A stretch of 64,000 bases of DNA from Octopus bimaculoides. Taxonomy: Eukaryota. The DNA lies in assembly GCF_001194135.2 (NCBI RefSeq), contig NC_068988.1:190866-254865 (forward strand), read 5' to 3'. Shown here in pieces: positions 50,404-63,768 of the stretch. The first letter of the stretch is position 1. Every line of letters starts with the position of its first letter. The notes beneath the pieces are model-generated. The model was given only the letters and a program-made list of their open reading frames with translations. It was not told where the DNA came from and ran no database searches. The translations under genes and the position numbers were made by a program.

Positions 50404-51112
50404 GTAAGCACATCTGAGCTTTTAGTAAATAATGCATTTCTTCTCATTCTATTCTCTCAGTTTTTTAATTTTTTTTTATTTCTTTATCATTTTGAGTTTT
50501 TTTTTTTTCTTTTTTTGATAAACACTATTTTAGCTACAATTCAACAACAGAAATTATCATTTCACTGTTGTTTGAGGTTTTTAGTTTCCCAATTAAGAAA
50601 CTTGTCTAAGAGTCTTTACAGCATCTTCCTGGTAAATGTGTCAGAATTTGTTTTGATCACAGCTTTATTGATCTATACATCACCATTAGTTTAATGTATA
50701 TTTGCCTCAGGTCTGCTCTGACCCCTTTTTCTAGCATGAAGGACATTTCGCTGTTACTTCTAGTAAGTCAAGCTATTTCATGTACATCCCATCATTTGCT
50801 CTGTGTTTCATATTAACACAAGTTGAACTCGGTATATTTAGCTATAAATTGACCTGCTGTGAAACAAAACAATGTTTAATACTCTTCGGCATGTGCTTGA
50901 CTGTTGTACCTCATGGAGACGAGGTGGCTGAGTTCCTTTTGAGTTTTTTATGCCATTTTTTATTTACAATGTATTTTTTTAAATTCTTATATATATATAA
51001 CAAATAAAAGGGTAAAGGAATATTAATTTATTAATAATTTTTACCAAGCACTTTGGTATGTAAACACCATCATCGGTGAAGAACTTATTTAAAAGTTCTT
51101 ATAAATTTATAA

Positions 51113-51152
51113 ACATAATTAAGGGATCAGCAACTGTTGCTGATCCCTTAAT

Positions 51153-51157
<5 letters not shown>
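51113..51157. repeat. perfect 45-bp palindrome (22-bp arms, 1-nt spacer)
   Basis: ACATAATTAAGGGATCAGCAAC-T-GTTGCTGATCCCTTAATTATGT. Confidence 0.97.
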
Positions 51158-51185
<28 letters not shown>

Positions 51186-51614
51186 CAGTGAGGTGAACAT
51201 TATTATAACAGTGATTTACGATAACGACAGACGCATTCTGTTTTGCCAAAGCTTGTCAGTGCTGTGTATCTGACAGTCACCTGCTTAAATGAAATTTGTC
51301 TCTATATATAGCAAATGGTCAATAATACATTCACTGATATTGCAGAAAGCTTACTGGGCTGAAAAAAAACTCAGTATCTGCAGTTGAAACAACGTTAAAT
51401 TACTATCATCTTCTGTGTCTCATACTGAATGTATAAACACCATTAGAAGACAAGATGCTGTGGAATTATCTAGAACAGTCTGAGGTAAAATGTCTTTGAC
51501 CTGTGTTAAAAACACAGTATATATTGAAGTGAGGCAAATATTGTCACAGCAGTGGCTTAGAAAAACAAGAAATGGATTTCACTTTTGTTGAGGCTTGATA
51601 ATGCCATGCATGTG

Positions 51615-51830
51615 TTCATCATCATCATCATCGTCGTCGTCATCATTTAATGTCCGTTTTCCATGTTGGTACGGATTGGATGGTTTGACAGGAGCTGGCA
51701 AATCAGAAAGGTGCACTGGGTTCCAGTTGCCTGTTTTGACATGGTTTCTATGTGTCTGCGTGCCCTTCGTAAAACCAACCACTTGTGCCAGGTGCTTTTT
51801 ACATGGCACCACCTCAGGACATGGCACACT
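51615..51830 (+). mobile_element. SINE-like family C
   Basis: (CAT)n-ttaatgtccgttttccatg...ggtgcttttacatggcacc. Confidence 0.75.
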
Positions 51831-52100
51831 GTCATCTGCTTAAATGAAATTATGTGCTTTGCTCCATCACAAACATTCAATGATATTGTTGAAGCTGGAT
51901 GGTTTTTAGAAAAAACTCACTGGACACGGTTGAATGATTATTGAATTGTAAATTCTTCTTAAAAGAATTTTTTCATCATCAAAAAAAAAAACATAAAAAC
52001 ATTTGATAAACACTTGTTTGTGTGTCTGCATGTATATTGATCTTTCTTTGATGATATCCATAATCCATAGAAATTTTTTTTTTTTTTTCCCCATTTTCAG

Positions 52101-52214
52101 TACTTCCATGAAGTAGGAGAGCATTGGGTCTATGACAATCCGTTATTGAAGAGAATTCCACCCAAGTCCTCAGCTGGCAACACCAATTCTGCCTTACAGC
52201 AACAAAGCACATGA
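52101..52214 (+). CDS. OSBPL9: OSBPL9 terminal coding exon with stop
   Basis: attttcag|TAC...ACA TGA; YFHEVGEHWVYDNPLLKRIPPKSSAGNTNSALQQQST* (human LFHEDGECWVYDEPLLKR). Confidence 0.93.
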   Translation, partial: YFHEVGEHWVYDNPLLKRIPPKSSAGNTNSALQQQST

Positions 52215-52658
52215 GAGCTGATATTTAGCTCAGAGATAATGTGTGACCTCGACAGTTAAAGTTCTACACCTGACCAGCAGATGTCTCTACCAGCAGCTGT
52301 TCAATTTTCAAACTACTCTGCCCCCCCTCCCACTACAGCTGCTGCTGCTCTCCGTCAACAGCTGTTCCCTGTACATTTAACAATCAAACAAACTTTACCC
52401 TGGGTTTTTTTTCTTTTTTTTTTTGGCAAGGCTTTAGGGCAGGGTTGAATGAAGACATGGAATAGCTTTAATATGACCAGAGAGAAAAAGAGAGAGAGAG
52501 ATTGATTGATTGATGGAGAGAATAAGAGAGAAAAGGAGAGGGAAAGAGATATGCAATATATATATAATCTACTTTGGCCTGTTAGGTCTAAAATCACAGG
52601 AACCTTAAAACAGTTTACCTTAAGGGTGTCAACACTAACAGAATCACTAAAGGAACAA

Positions 52659-52688
52659 AATAAATTTTTAAAAATAGATGAAAATAAA
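52659..52688 (+). promoter_or_regulatory. candidate OSBPL9 polyadenylation signals
   Basis: AATAAA at 52659-52664 and 52683-52688, about 450 nt after the stop; the region is A-rich, so these could be chance matches. Confidence 0.3.
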
Positions 52689-53423
52689 AGAAAAAAATTT
52701 CACAAGAAAAAAAAATGAGATTTACAACACTTTTTTTTTTCTCTCTCTTTTATCATGATTTTCTTTCTCTCTGAAATCAAACAATTCTTTCTTGTAATTC
52801 TGCCATTTCTGTATTTTAAACTCTTGCCTCTTCCATATACTTCTTTTTTTCTTTCTCATAGAGAACTAGAGCCATGGTCTCTGGATTGTGATATGAAAAA
52901 GTGATGTTTCCTGCAAAATCAAATGTTTATGGATTTGAACATGTACATTTGTGTGTATGTCAATAACACGTATGAATGTGTGTGTGTGTTTATATGTGTG
53001 TTAGTGGATGTCTGTGCACGTGTGCGAGAGTGCATGCATTTGCAGATTTACCTTGGACAGATTTTATCAGATCAGAAACTTTTTATTTATTATTCTTATA
53101 AGCTTCATTATATTCCAGTATTCTGTATTCTACCATAAATCTTAAAATCGTAGGAATTTACCAATGTCTCTATTATTTCTGTTAATTTATAAACAAAAAC
53201 CAACTTTTCTGACCTTACTTCATATATATTTTCCCTGTCCATTGTTGTTGTTGATCCTGTTGTTGATGATGAGTATTTCTTATAAAGTTTGAGATTTAAG
53301 TGATGGAAAACGGCAGGTGTGACATTCATGCCTTTCCACTAGGAATGAATGTTAAAAGTCTTCAAAGCAGGAATAGAAATTGATTCACATGCCTAGATAT
53401 TTAGGAACTTACTCCAACAGAGA

Positions 53424-53459
<36 letters not shown>

Positions 53460-53460
<1 letters not shown>

Positions 53461-53925
53461 GTCGGTGAGCTGGCAGAATTGTTTGCACACTGGATGAAAT
53501 GCTTAGCAGTATTGTGTTCATTGCTACATTCTGAGTTCAAATTCTGCTGAGGTCGACTTTACCTTTCATCCTTTCGGGGGCCAATAAAATAAATACCAGT
53601 GAAACACTGAGGTCGATATAATCAACTAGTCCCTTTCCCTCAAATTTCAGGCCTTGCACCTTTAGTAGAAAGGATTATTATTATTATTAAGGCAGTGAGC
53701 TGGTAGAATCGTTAGCATGCTGAGCGAAATGCTTGGTGGCATTTTGCCCATCTTTATGTTCTGAGTTCAAATTCCACCGAGGTTGACTTTGCCTTTCCTA
53801 CTTTCGGGGTCGATAAATTAAGTACCTGTTGAGTACTAGGGTCGATGTAACTCACTAGTCCCTTCCTCCACCAAATTTCAGGCCTTGTGCCTATACTAGA
53901 AAGGATGATTATTATTATTATTATT
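53460..53925 (+). mobile_element. tandem pair of family-B SINEs
   Basis: two full copies (about 53460-53685 and 53690-53925), each with an (ATT)n tail; the second sits in the tail of the first. Confidence 0.88.
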
Positions 53926-55583
53926 AGCCATATTGAAAATCAATAAATCAGAAATAACAATCATTGACTGGATGAAGTAATAGTATTTGAAATTATTGGA
54001 TATGTATTCCTACTTCAGACGCATTGTTTTTATGCTCCAGGGTCGGATAAATAATTAAACTTGCCTGTGTCTTCATCATGCTTCATTGTGATACAGCTTT
54101 TTCTTGGGGGTGAGTGGGGAGCAGGGTTTATTATATAAAAAAAATAATCCATGAACAAATTGACTGATGATGATTTATGGTTAATCTAACATTTGTTCAT
54201 AGTGTTTTCTACCTTTTTTTTTATGTTGATTAGAATTTTAAATTATTAAAATCCTTGAATGATTCATCTTGTTGTTTTTGACTGGTAGACAAATAATCTG
54301 TCTCATAGTTTATGGTTTAATCTACCACTTGTTCATTTAATTCCTTTAGTAGGGATCTATTTGTAAACAGTGGGCCTACTCTCTGTCTTTGCTCTTAGGA
54401 TAATTCTTTCCATTAGTCTTGGAAGTTCCTGAAAATGGTTGAAGCTGTTGCTTTTGATTTTCACATTAAGACATTAAAAAAAAAAGAGAAATTATGTAAA
54501 AATTTTAACTAGATTAAATATTCGTATTTTCCCTTAAAATGTGAAATATTTTTAGTTCATAAAAGTTCCACATTTTAACACGCACACTTTTATAACATAT
54601 TTAAGCTACTCTTGTGACCTGTTACTCTGGAGTTTCCATGGTGTACATCCACTGGGTCCAGTCTGACCTGCCCAAAGAAGCAACTGCACACCTTGGAAAC
54701 TACAACGTAACAGTCCACTGGACCAGTTTAAATAAGCTAATACACTCTACATTTGTATTGAGTACTTCTTCCCCAGATCATTACCCAACAACAAATATAT
54801 TCTCACACACTCGATATTATAGATCCATTGCAGCCTATCTTACCAATCGGTTTTGCTCCAGATATTAGGCAATCAGATGATTATCTAATAACTTGACTCA
54901 TCAAAGATGGCAAGTATGGAAAAAATGGTGAATGCTCTATCTTTATATATATNNNNNNNNNNNNNNNNNNNNNNNNNNNNNNNNNNNNNNNNNNNNNNNN
55001 NNNNNNNNNNNNNNNNNNNNNNNNNNNNNNNNNNNNNNNNNNNNNNNNNNNNNNNNNNNNNNNNNNNNNNNNNNNNNNNNNNNNNNNNNNNNNNNNNNNN
55101 NNNNNNNNNNNNNNNNNNNNNNNNNNNNNNNNNNNNNNNNNNNNNNNNNNNNNNNNNNNNNNNNNNNNNNNNNNNNNNNNNNNNNNNNNNNNNNNNNNNN
55201 NNNNNNNNNNNNNNNNNNNNNNNNNNNNNNNNNNNNNNNNNNNNNNNNNNNNNNNNNNNNNNNNNNNNNNNNNNNNNNNNNNNNNNNNNNNNNNNNNNNN
55301 NNNNNNNNNNNNNNNNNNNNNNNNNNNNNNNNNNNNNNNNNNNNNNNNNNNNNNNNNNNNNNNNNNNNNNNNNNNNNNNNNNNNNNNNNNNNNNNNNNNN
55401 NNNNNNNNNNNNNNNNNNNNNNNNNNNNNNNNNNNNNNNNNNNNNNNNNNNNNNNNNNNNATAAAGAAAAATATTTTACCTCAGTTTCTACTTAAACATT
55501 ATTAGCATCATCGTTTTGTTTTTTACTTATTAATAATCACCGAACATTTTTATTTATTAATAATCACCAGACATTTTAGTTAA

Positions 55584-55806
55584 TTAACCCTTTCATTACC
55601 AACCTGGCCGAAACTGGCTCTGAGTACAAATGTCTTGTTTTCATAAATTTTGAATTAAAATCTTCCACCAAACCTTAGTCACAATTTATGTTCCTAACAC
55701 TAGCTTAATGTTAACTAAGTTATTTTACTAAATTCTTTGTTATATTTAAAATTAATTGAAAGAAAGACAGAGCATCTCAACAGGAATTCAGTAACGAAAG
55801 GGTTAA
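55584..55806 (-). mobile_element. piggyBac-like MITE
   Basis: TTAACCCTTTCATTACC...GTAACGAAAGGGTTAA. Confidence 0.85.
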
Positions 55807-56220
55807 AGAATTTTTTTTAAATATTCAAGATAATAGCAACAATGTTTTATGCCTTCCATTGAAATATTTCTGTTTACCATTAATCTCAGCATTTTGTCTT
55901 ATTTGGAGTAATATTTTAGGAATTATGAGCCATGGATCTTCATGTATAGCATCGGTAATTTTAAGAACTTGAGAGATTGAGATGCTTGACTCCTCTTGAT
56001 TATTTTCCTTTGTTGTTCTTCCTTTTTTTTATTCATACTTAAGCGGCTTGCTTCTCAACTACATGGTCTTGAGTTCAGTTCCACTGTGTGGTGGTACGAC
56101 AGACAAGTGTCTTCTACCGTAGCCTGAAACTGACCAAAGCTTTGTAAGTGTACCTAGTAGATGGCACCTGAAAGAAATCCACTGTATGTATGTATATATA
56201 TATATNNNNNNNNNNAGATG

Positions 56221-56320
56221 TATTAGTTTAACGCTCGGGAAGTGAGAAAGTCTTTTATGTTTTGAGCTTATGCTCTTCGACAGAAAGGAACATAGGAATA
56301 AACAAGGAGAGAAAATAGAA
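56221..56320 (-). mobile_element. Penelope-like terminal fragment with decayed hammerhead-like motif
   Basis: homologous to 1081-1190; the minus strand reads CTTT-CTGTCGA-A-GAGC/GCTC-AAAAC-ATA|AAAG. Confidence 0.5.
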
Positions 56321-57397
56321 AAAAGGTTTAGTGGTTAGCAATCAATCATGGTGAATGCCGCACATATTTGTGTGTGTGACTGCATGTTTTGTCTCTCCTT
56401 GTCGTGACATCATGTGATAGTTGTAAATGAGTGCCCCTGTCATACAAGCAGTGTCATTCATTTCCAATATTCTGCAAAAATGTGCCTGGCCATGGGGGAA
56501 TATTACCTTGTTTGGAAACAGGTGAGGATTAGCAATAGGAAGGACATCCAACCATAGAAAATCTGCTTCCATAAAGTCTCCTTCCTATGCAAGCATAGGA
56601 AAGTAGATATTAAGATGATGCTGACCGATTGAATGTCGTCTTATGAGGCCTAATTGAAACTGAAGATAAAGTTTGAAGGTTGGGGTTAACACAGGAGAGT
56701 TCAAGGTTCCATGGAAGTTGGTGCAAGCTTATCTAAAGACCCTGTCTTTGAAGACCTGACATAATCACAATCATTTTTAATGTCTGTTTTCCGTGCTGGC
56801 ATGGGTTGGATGAGTTGATGGGTGAGTAAGCTGGAGCACTGTGCCAAGTTCCAATGCCTGCTTTGGCATGGTTTCTCTTACAGCTGGAGACCCTTCCTAA
56901 CAAGGCTAATAAAATGTCAAGGACATAGTGGTTTATAATATTTCATTTTATGAGGACAGCAAGCTGGCTGGGCACAGTGCTTAGTGACATTTCATCTGTT
57001 TTTGTGTCCTGAGTTCAAATTCCACCAAGGATTAAGTACCAGTTGAGGGGACAGTATAATTGACTTATCCCTCTTCTAAAATTGCTGTTCTTATGCTAAA
57101 ATTTGGAACCAATTTATTTCATTTTATGTGGGGTGTGTCAGGAGATAAAAACAAAAGCTAAAAACGTGTCCCAACTGTATTTGGGACTGAAATTTCTGCA
57201 GCACTGTTCAGGGTAGAAATTTGTGTCATAGCAATTTGTAGCTGAGAGTTTATGGTTTGTGGGTTTGTTGAGGCTCAGATAGTTAGGCTGACTGCAACAG
57301 GAATAATTTCAATGGGGAATAAGATTAGTAATGAGAAGGGGACGTGTTATGAATGAGGACCAAACTGACCAGTAAAAAAAAAAAAAAAAAAAACACA

Positions 57398-57552
57398 AGT
57401 GGCTGTGTGGTAAGAAGCTTGCTTCCCAACCACATGGTTCCAGGTTCAGTCCCACTGCCTGGCACTTTGGGCAAGTGTCTTCTGCTATAGCCTCAGGCCA
57501 ACCAAAGTCTTGTGAGTGGATTTGGTAGACGGAAACTGAAAGAAGCCTGTCG

Positions 57553-57583
<31 letters not shown>

Positions 57584-57792
57584 TTGTGTGTCTGTGTTTG
57601 TCCCCACCACCATCACTTGACAATTGATGTTGGTGTGTTTCCATCCCCGTAACTTAGTGGTTCAGCAAAAGAGACCAATAGAATAAGTATTAGGCTTTCA
57701 AAGAATAAGTCCTGGGGTCGATTTGTTTGACTAAAAGTGGTGCTCCAGCATGGCCACAGTCAAATGACTGAAACGAATAAAAGAATAAAAGA
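57398..57792 (+). mobile_element. SINE family A
   Basis: near full-length copy; an older copy follows at about 57903-58240. Confidence 0.87.
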
Positions 57793-58710
57793 ACAATGTT
57801 ATTTATGTTTTTTTTTTATAAATGTTATCTTGATTCTGTAATGTTTTTTTTAGATGATTAAAACAATTAATTGTATTTGTAAAAATAAATCTAATTTATC
57901 ACAGGCATGAGCATGGCTGTGTGGGTTAGAGAGGCTCACTGTGCAACCACGTGGGTTTTGGTTCAACCCACTGCATGGTACCTTGGGCAAGTGTTTTCTG
58001 CTATAGACTCTGGAATGTAAGTAAATTTGGTAGATGGAAACTGTGTGGAAGCCCATTGTGTGTATGTGTTTGTATTTGTCTTCATCTGCCACTACTTGAC
58101 AACTGGTGCTGGTTTGTTTATGTCCTTGTAACTTTGCAGTTCAGCAAAAGAGACTAATACAAGATGTACCAGACTTTTAAAAAAATACTGGGATTGATTG
58201 TTCTGCTAAACCTTTCGAGGCAGTGCCCCAGCATGGCCATATTGAGCAAGCCCCAAAATTCCTTCATTTCCTTCTCATTTTAATCTTCATTTGAGTTGGA
58301 ATACATCTTAACCATTTTGTTTCCACATTTCTCTTGAAATACTCTGCCTGTCACACAATTAATTTGGAAAATAACAAAGAATTTATTTTAAATATTTTTG
58401 CCATCATTAATCTAATCTTTAGATCATAAATTTGAAATTTTAAGATCAGTTTACTAACAGTTTTTGTTTTTTTCTTTTTTAATCCTAGAACCAGGTGCAA
58501 TTTCAGGTGGGTTCACATCAAAAGGGCTCAGCTGCAATCTGTTCATTCATTTAAGTTTCTCTCTGTCAAAACTGATTCTCTACATAAACATTTGTTTTTT
58601 GTTTTTGTTTTTATGCAATTCAGCCTGAGATCAGTGTTGATCAGATTTTTGTTGAAGAACATTCTAGCCATGACCATCCCATATTTCCAGAGATGCACAC
58701 CATTTATCTG

Positions 58711-59035
58711 TGGAGGTGCAATGGCCCAGTGGTTAGGGCAGCGGACACGCGGTTAGAGGATCGCGGTTTCGATTCCCAGACCAGGCGTTGTGTGTGTTTA
58801 TTGAGCGAAAACGCCTAAAAGCTCCACGAGGCTCCGGCGGGGGATGGTGGCGACCCCTGTTGTACTCTTTTGCCCCAACTGTCTTTCACTCTTTCTTCCT
58901 GTTTCTTGAGTAATGCTGCAATGGACTGGCATCCCGTCCAGCTGGGGTGGGGGGGGGGCACATACACCACAGAAACTGGGAAGCTGGGCCCACGATCCTG
59001 GCTGGGCTTGAAAAGGGCGCATAAAAAAGACAAAA
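58711..59035 (+). mobile_element. tRNA-headed SINE (additional family), CpG-rich
   Basis: A box TGGCCCAGTGG, B box GGTTTCGATTC, body with atggactggcatcccgtccag, A-rich tail. Confidence 0.7.
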
Positions 59036-59077
59036 ACCCCATTCATCTCTGGCTACACTATCCAATCTGTGCTTTTT

Positions 59078-59279
59078 TAACCCTTTAACATTCAAATTAC
59101 TCTGTCAAATGTATTGCTTCTTTATTCACGTTTTGAATTAATGAATCTCAGCTTCAAAACTTTGATGATGTGATTGTCTATTTTTAGAATGGCATTGTAA
59201 GGTAGGTGTGAGAAGCTAGATCTGACTGGTTTGAACTTAAAACAGAATATTTTGGCCACTTCAAAGCTAAAGGGTTAAA
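59078..59279. mobile_element. second TTAA-type MITE family
   Basis: TTAACCCTTT...AAAGGGTTAA ends; the internal sequence differs from the 9002 family and recurs decayed near 29370-29590, 49970-50160 and 62530-62680. Confidence 0.65.
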
Positions 59280-59902
59280 CATTTTTTTTTTTGTAACCAA
59301 TGTTTCTTTTAAGGCATTAATTACACTTTACAAGAAGAATTCTGATTATTAAAAGAAATTTTTAAAATAACTTCACTTAACAAATATACCCTTAGATTTA
59401 AGAAATATCTCATGACCTTAATACACACACCATCGTCCTCATCATTTAATGTCCATTTTCCATGCTGGCATGGGTTTGACAGGAGCTAGAAAGGCAAGGA
59501 GCTCCATTGTTTGTTTTGGCATGGTTTCTATGGCTGTAAGTCCTTCCTAATGCTATCCACTTTACAGAGTGCACTGGGTGCATTTTACACACACACACAC
59601 ACACACACACAAGTTATTTCATTGCTTCAATACTGGCTGATTTCTGAGATTACCAAATTTTGTACTCAGATTTTTTATTTTATTCAAACCAGTGTCCTAA
59701 TCTTGCGTATTATTATTATTATCATAGTCGCAATATTCTGAACGTTGTGCTATGCCACATTCTTCAGATGCTGGTCATATTTGGTAACATTCTTGGAATT
59801 TCAAACTGACCCCTTTCTTTGAAACCCACAGTTATTATTCTCATTTGATGATTCCACTTGCTTGTTGTTTAAACATCATCATTTCACAGTTCTATTTTTA
59901 GG

Positions 59903-60389
59903 AGATGATGAATTATGTACATTATTTACATTCGACGGATATTTGTCCTCATCTTGTTTGTTGTTAACACATCGTTTCGGCTGATATACTCTCCAGCCTT
60001 CATCAGGTGTCTTGAGGAAATTTCGAACCTGGGTTCTCATTCCTAAGGTATTTTTCAATGTTGTTGTTGTTATTATTATTATTGTTATTATTATTATTAT
60101 TCAAGTCACTGCCTGGAATCGAACTTGGAATCTTGGGCCCACGGGCATATTTCATAGTGGTTAAGAGCACGGGCTACCAACCCCAAGATTCTAAGTTCAA
60201 TGCCAGGCAGTGACCTGAATAGTAATAATAATAATAACATAGAAAAATACCTGAGGAATGAGAACCCAGGTTTGAAATTTCCCCAGGACACCTGATGAAG
60301 GCTGGAGGGTATATCAGCCGAAACGTTGTGTTAACAAACAAGATGACAAATATCCGTCAAATATAAATAATGTACATAATTCTTCATCT
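59903..60389. mobile_element. palindromic tRNA-head/hammerhead element, second copy (no nested insert)
   Basis: inverted arms from agatgatgaattatgtac to gtacataattcttcatct; left head truncated, right head at 60145-60219. Confidence 0.82.
60287..60332 (+). ncRNA. minimal type-I hammerhead ribozyme motif
   Basis: GACAC-CTGATGA-A-GGCTG-gagggtatat-CAGCC-GAAAC-GTT|GTGTT; all core positions intact. Confidence 0.65.
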
Positions 60390-62829
60390 GTTTTCCATGG
60401 GTCTGATAACTTGGAGAATTATGTCTTTAGCCAAAGTCTCATTTTTGTCCTGGTCCCTATAGTTGGATGTCATTCCTAACAACTACCAGTTTACTGAGTG
60501 TGCTGGGGTCTTTTCTTTTAGCATCAGCACTTGAGAGATTATCTTGTTCTCAGCAAAACAAAAGAACTCTCTCAAACCCTGTTTTAGGTAGTGCCATCCC
60601 TAATAGGGTCACTTTGTAGCTTACAAGACGATAGAAAGCTCCCATGGCTGAGAATGTATTTTGTTCTCAGTATTTTATATAAAACATTTTTCCCAGAGAA
60701 ATTGCCATCTCTATGCATTGTGTCTAAATGCCATTTGGAATGGCAAAGACAGTTTGTCTTGGCAATGAATATCATTCTATAAAAGTTGACTATGTCCCCA
60801 CCCCACCCCCACCCCCGAGTAAACCAATTTCAATTCTTGTTTGTAGGATGAAGTGTTTCATTTGACAACATTCCTGATACCTTTTTAGAATACCATGAAC
60901 ATCACAGAATCTCTTTTCTCCTCCCTTATAAAAAAGATCAAAGGTTTTATAGCTTTGTAAGAAATTATTGCTTTATAAAATTGGGTCAGTAAAGCAGTCG
61001 ATCAAATACAGAAACACATTGACTGACCCAGGTATTGAACTCACACCCACCATGTAAACTGCAATGCTTAATGTTTATATTGACTTATAATATTGTACCA
61101 CAGGACAATTAGGTGATGGTAATTAGGGGCTTTAAATTCATGTGGGGCTGTATGGTTAAGAAGTTTGCTTCCCAACCACATGGTTCCAGGTTCATTCCCA
61201 CTGTGTAGCACCTACTATAGCCCTGGGCCGACCAAAGCCTTGTGAGTATACAGAAACTGAAAGAAATCCATTATGTGTTAGTATCTTCTTGTCTTGAAAT
61301 TGCATGTTAGTTGTAAAGGAACGCCACTGTCATACAAGTGGTACCTTCTGTTTTTCAATCTTCCATGAAAACATATCTGACCATGGGGAAAATATTCCCT
61401 TACTTGGAAACGGGTGCGGGTTGGCAACTGGAAGGGCATCCTGCCATGGAAGATTTGCCTCAATAAACTTTGTCCAACCCATGCAAGCATGGAAAAGTAG
61501 ATGTAAAATGATGATAATGACAAGTCTTAGACTTAATGTTCTATCTTTCTTATTTAAAAGCTCTAATTTGCTGTTCCTTTCTATGCTAGGCCCTTTAAAA
61601 ATTCTGAGAACTTTACTGACATCAGGGAGCTGAAGACAGCCCCTGCCTATAGAAGTCAAAACATAGACCTTGCAACCAAAATGAGAGTGCTACTCTGAAG
61701 AAATTTATGTGTTAATAATGTTTCATTATTGTTTCATGTCACGTAGGTGTTTGGCTCGATCTTAATGCCACGAGTTCCATTCCTGGAAACGGGCACCACA
61801 TTGTGACCTTGAGCAAGGTACTTCATCTCACAATGCTCCAGGGAGAGAGAGAGAGTTGCACCAGCTGGTGTAATTCTCTCTCCCTCCGGATGTCCCCTCT
61901 TAGATGTGAAGTTGGGGCAAAGAGCAGAAGGATCGAGAGGCTGTCGATGTCTGCTCGTGACTATACAGGCTTATACTTAAAATACTAAAACGATTAGTAA
62001 AAGCAGAAAGTATGGTACATGTTACCAAGCCATAAAAGCTTGCAAGTGACAGCTGGCTCTTTTAACTGTTAGAGATTACAATTTCACTCCTCAAAAATAT
62101 CTTGTTATTTGACCTGAAGGTTCTTTGAAATAAGGATGCAAAATTTAAACTTCTCTACTTCTTTAAAAGACAATAGGTTTATCTATTTCTTGTGATGTAT
62201 AAAACACACACGTGTCTAATTCAATTTTTAAATTTATAGAGCATGAATTATTAAAATCTTTAGACTTGTTCATGTGGAAATTGTTACAGTATATGATTTC
62301 TTGTAAAATTACTCTTAGAGAGATTCTTCAAATTGATACAAGAAAGGTATTTCACTAATGAAATACCACATTTTGTTTTCAATGAAAAGTACTGACTTGA
62401 AAATGGTTTCTCTTTTTCAAATCAATGTAAACTGTTAATAAAATTTATTAATATTATTCAGTGTTCTGTGTCAAAACTTTTATTCTTTCTCTTGTGAAAT
62501 GATGAAACATTTTTTTTTAAAGAAGAAGCATTTTAAGCATCCTGATTATTCTGTCAAATATAATGCTTATTTTTCACATTGTTTTGAATTTGATGATGTA
62601 ATTGTTTTATTTTAGAATGATATTGTAAGGTAAATTTGAGAAGATGGATATGGCTAGTTTAAATGTTAAAGGTTTAATTATGTTATAGTAATATTTGTTG
62701 TGTTAGTATTGCTTTTTAATTGAGAAAATTGGAGGTCTGGTTTAACTCTTTAGCATCTAAATTAACCATATTTGGCCGAAAGGTTCTCCCTGTTTTGTAC
62801 TCAAAATGGCCAGATTCCACCTCTCACAT

Positions 62830-63030
62830 CTACCTTACAATCGTCACCATCAATATCTGTTTTCCATGCTGGCATGGGTTGGATGACTGGACAGGGAATG
62901 GCAAGGCCAGGAACTGTACCAGGTTCCATCGTCTGGTTTGGCATGATTTCTACAGCTTGATGCCTTTCCTAGTGCCAACCACTTCACAGAGTGTCCTAAG
63001 AACTTTTTACATGGCACCAACACCAGTGCT
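62830..63030 (+). mobile_element. SINE-like family C
   Basis: ttttccatgctggcatgggttggatg...ccaaccacttcacagagtgt. Confidence 0.72.
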
Positions 63031-63617
63031 TTACAATGTCATACTAAAAATAAACAATAATATTGAAATCTCAAAGCTATGAGATAATCTATCTATACAT
63101 ATTGTAAAGCTGAGTTTGTGAGTGTGTGTGTGTGTGCGTTGCATCTATAGAAATCCACACCTTACAAGATAGCAATCTGGGAGTCGCACCAACGGATTCC
63201 TCATGGTAGAAAATTCCCGGAATCGGCCATTTATTATTTGATTTATTGCTTCCTGAGATGAGAATTTTTGTATTAAAAATAATTTTAAACCGTAACTTCT
63301 AACAATTTTTAAGTCGGAGCATGAGTTAAGTCCCCTTCTAGCGATGGTGTAAAGAGACGGAGAGAGATAACAGATTTTTTAAATTTCGTCTTTTTAGTAA
63401 GTGATACACAATATAAACAAACGTTTCTCCACAACTAATTCCAAATTTGCTGAATCCGTTGCTCTACTCATAGCGACATATAGCTGGTCGTGCGTGAACA
63501 CGAGAGGCAGCAGAAGTTACCAGAGCAAAAATTCTAAGTGTTCACTAGATACGATCCTTTGCAAATGATCAGCTATTATTTTGTAAACAATGTTACGAAA
63601 CTGTTCATGTTTTCGAA

Positions 63618-63718
63618 TTATATATATATATATATATGTATGTATATATAGATAAATGTATATGTATGTATATATATATAAATGTATATATATATATATG
63701 TATAGGTATATATATAGG

Positions 63719-63768
<50 letters not shown>

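Noticed and set aside
52212-52262. Stop-codon readthrough extension
   Set aside because: TGA-GAG is not a favourable readthrough context and the extension shows nothing notable.
62499-62547. Box C/D snoRNA (ATGATGA...CTGA)
   Set aside because: Too short, no terminal stem, and outside the host gene's introns; no convincing snoRNA was seen elsewhere.
63088-63560. Second Helitron (A|TCTATC start)
   Set aside because: The 5' end is suggestive but I could not find a convincing 3' hairpin plus CTRR|T; left unresolved.
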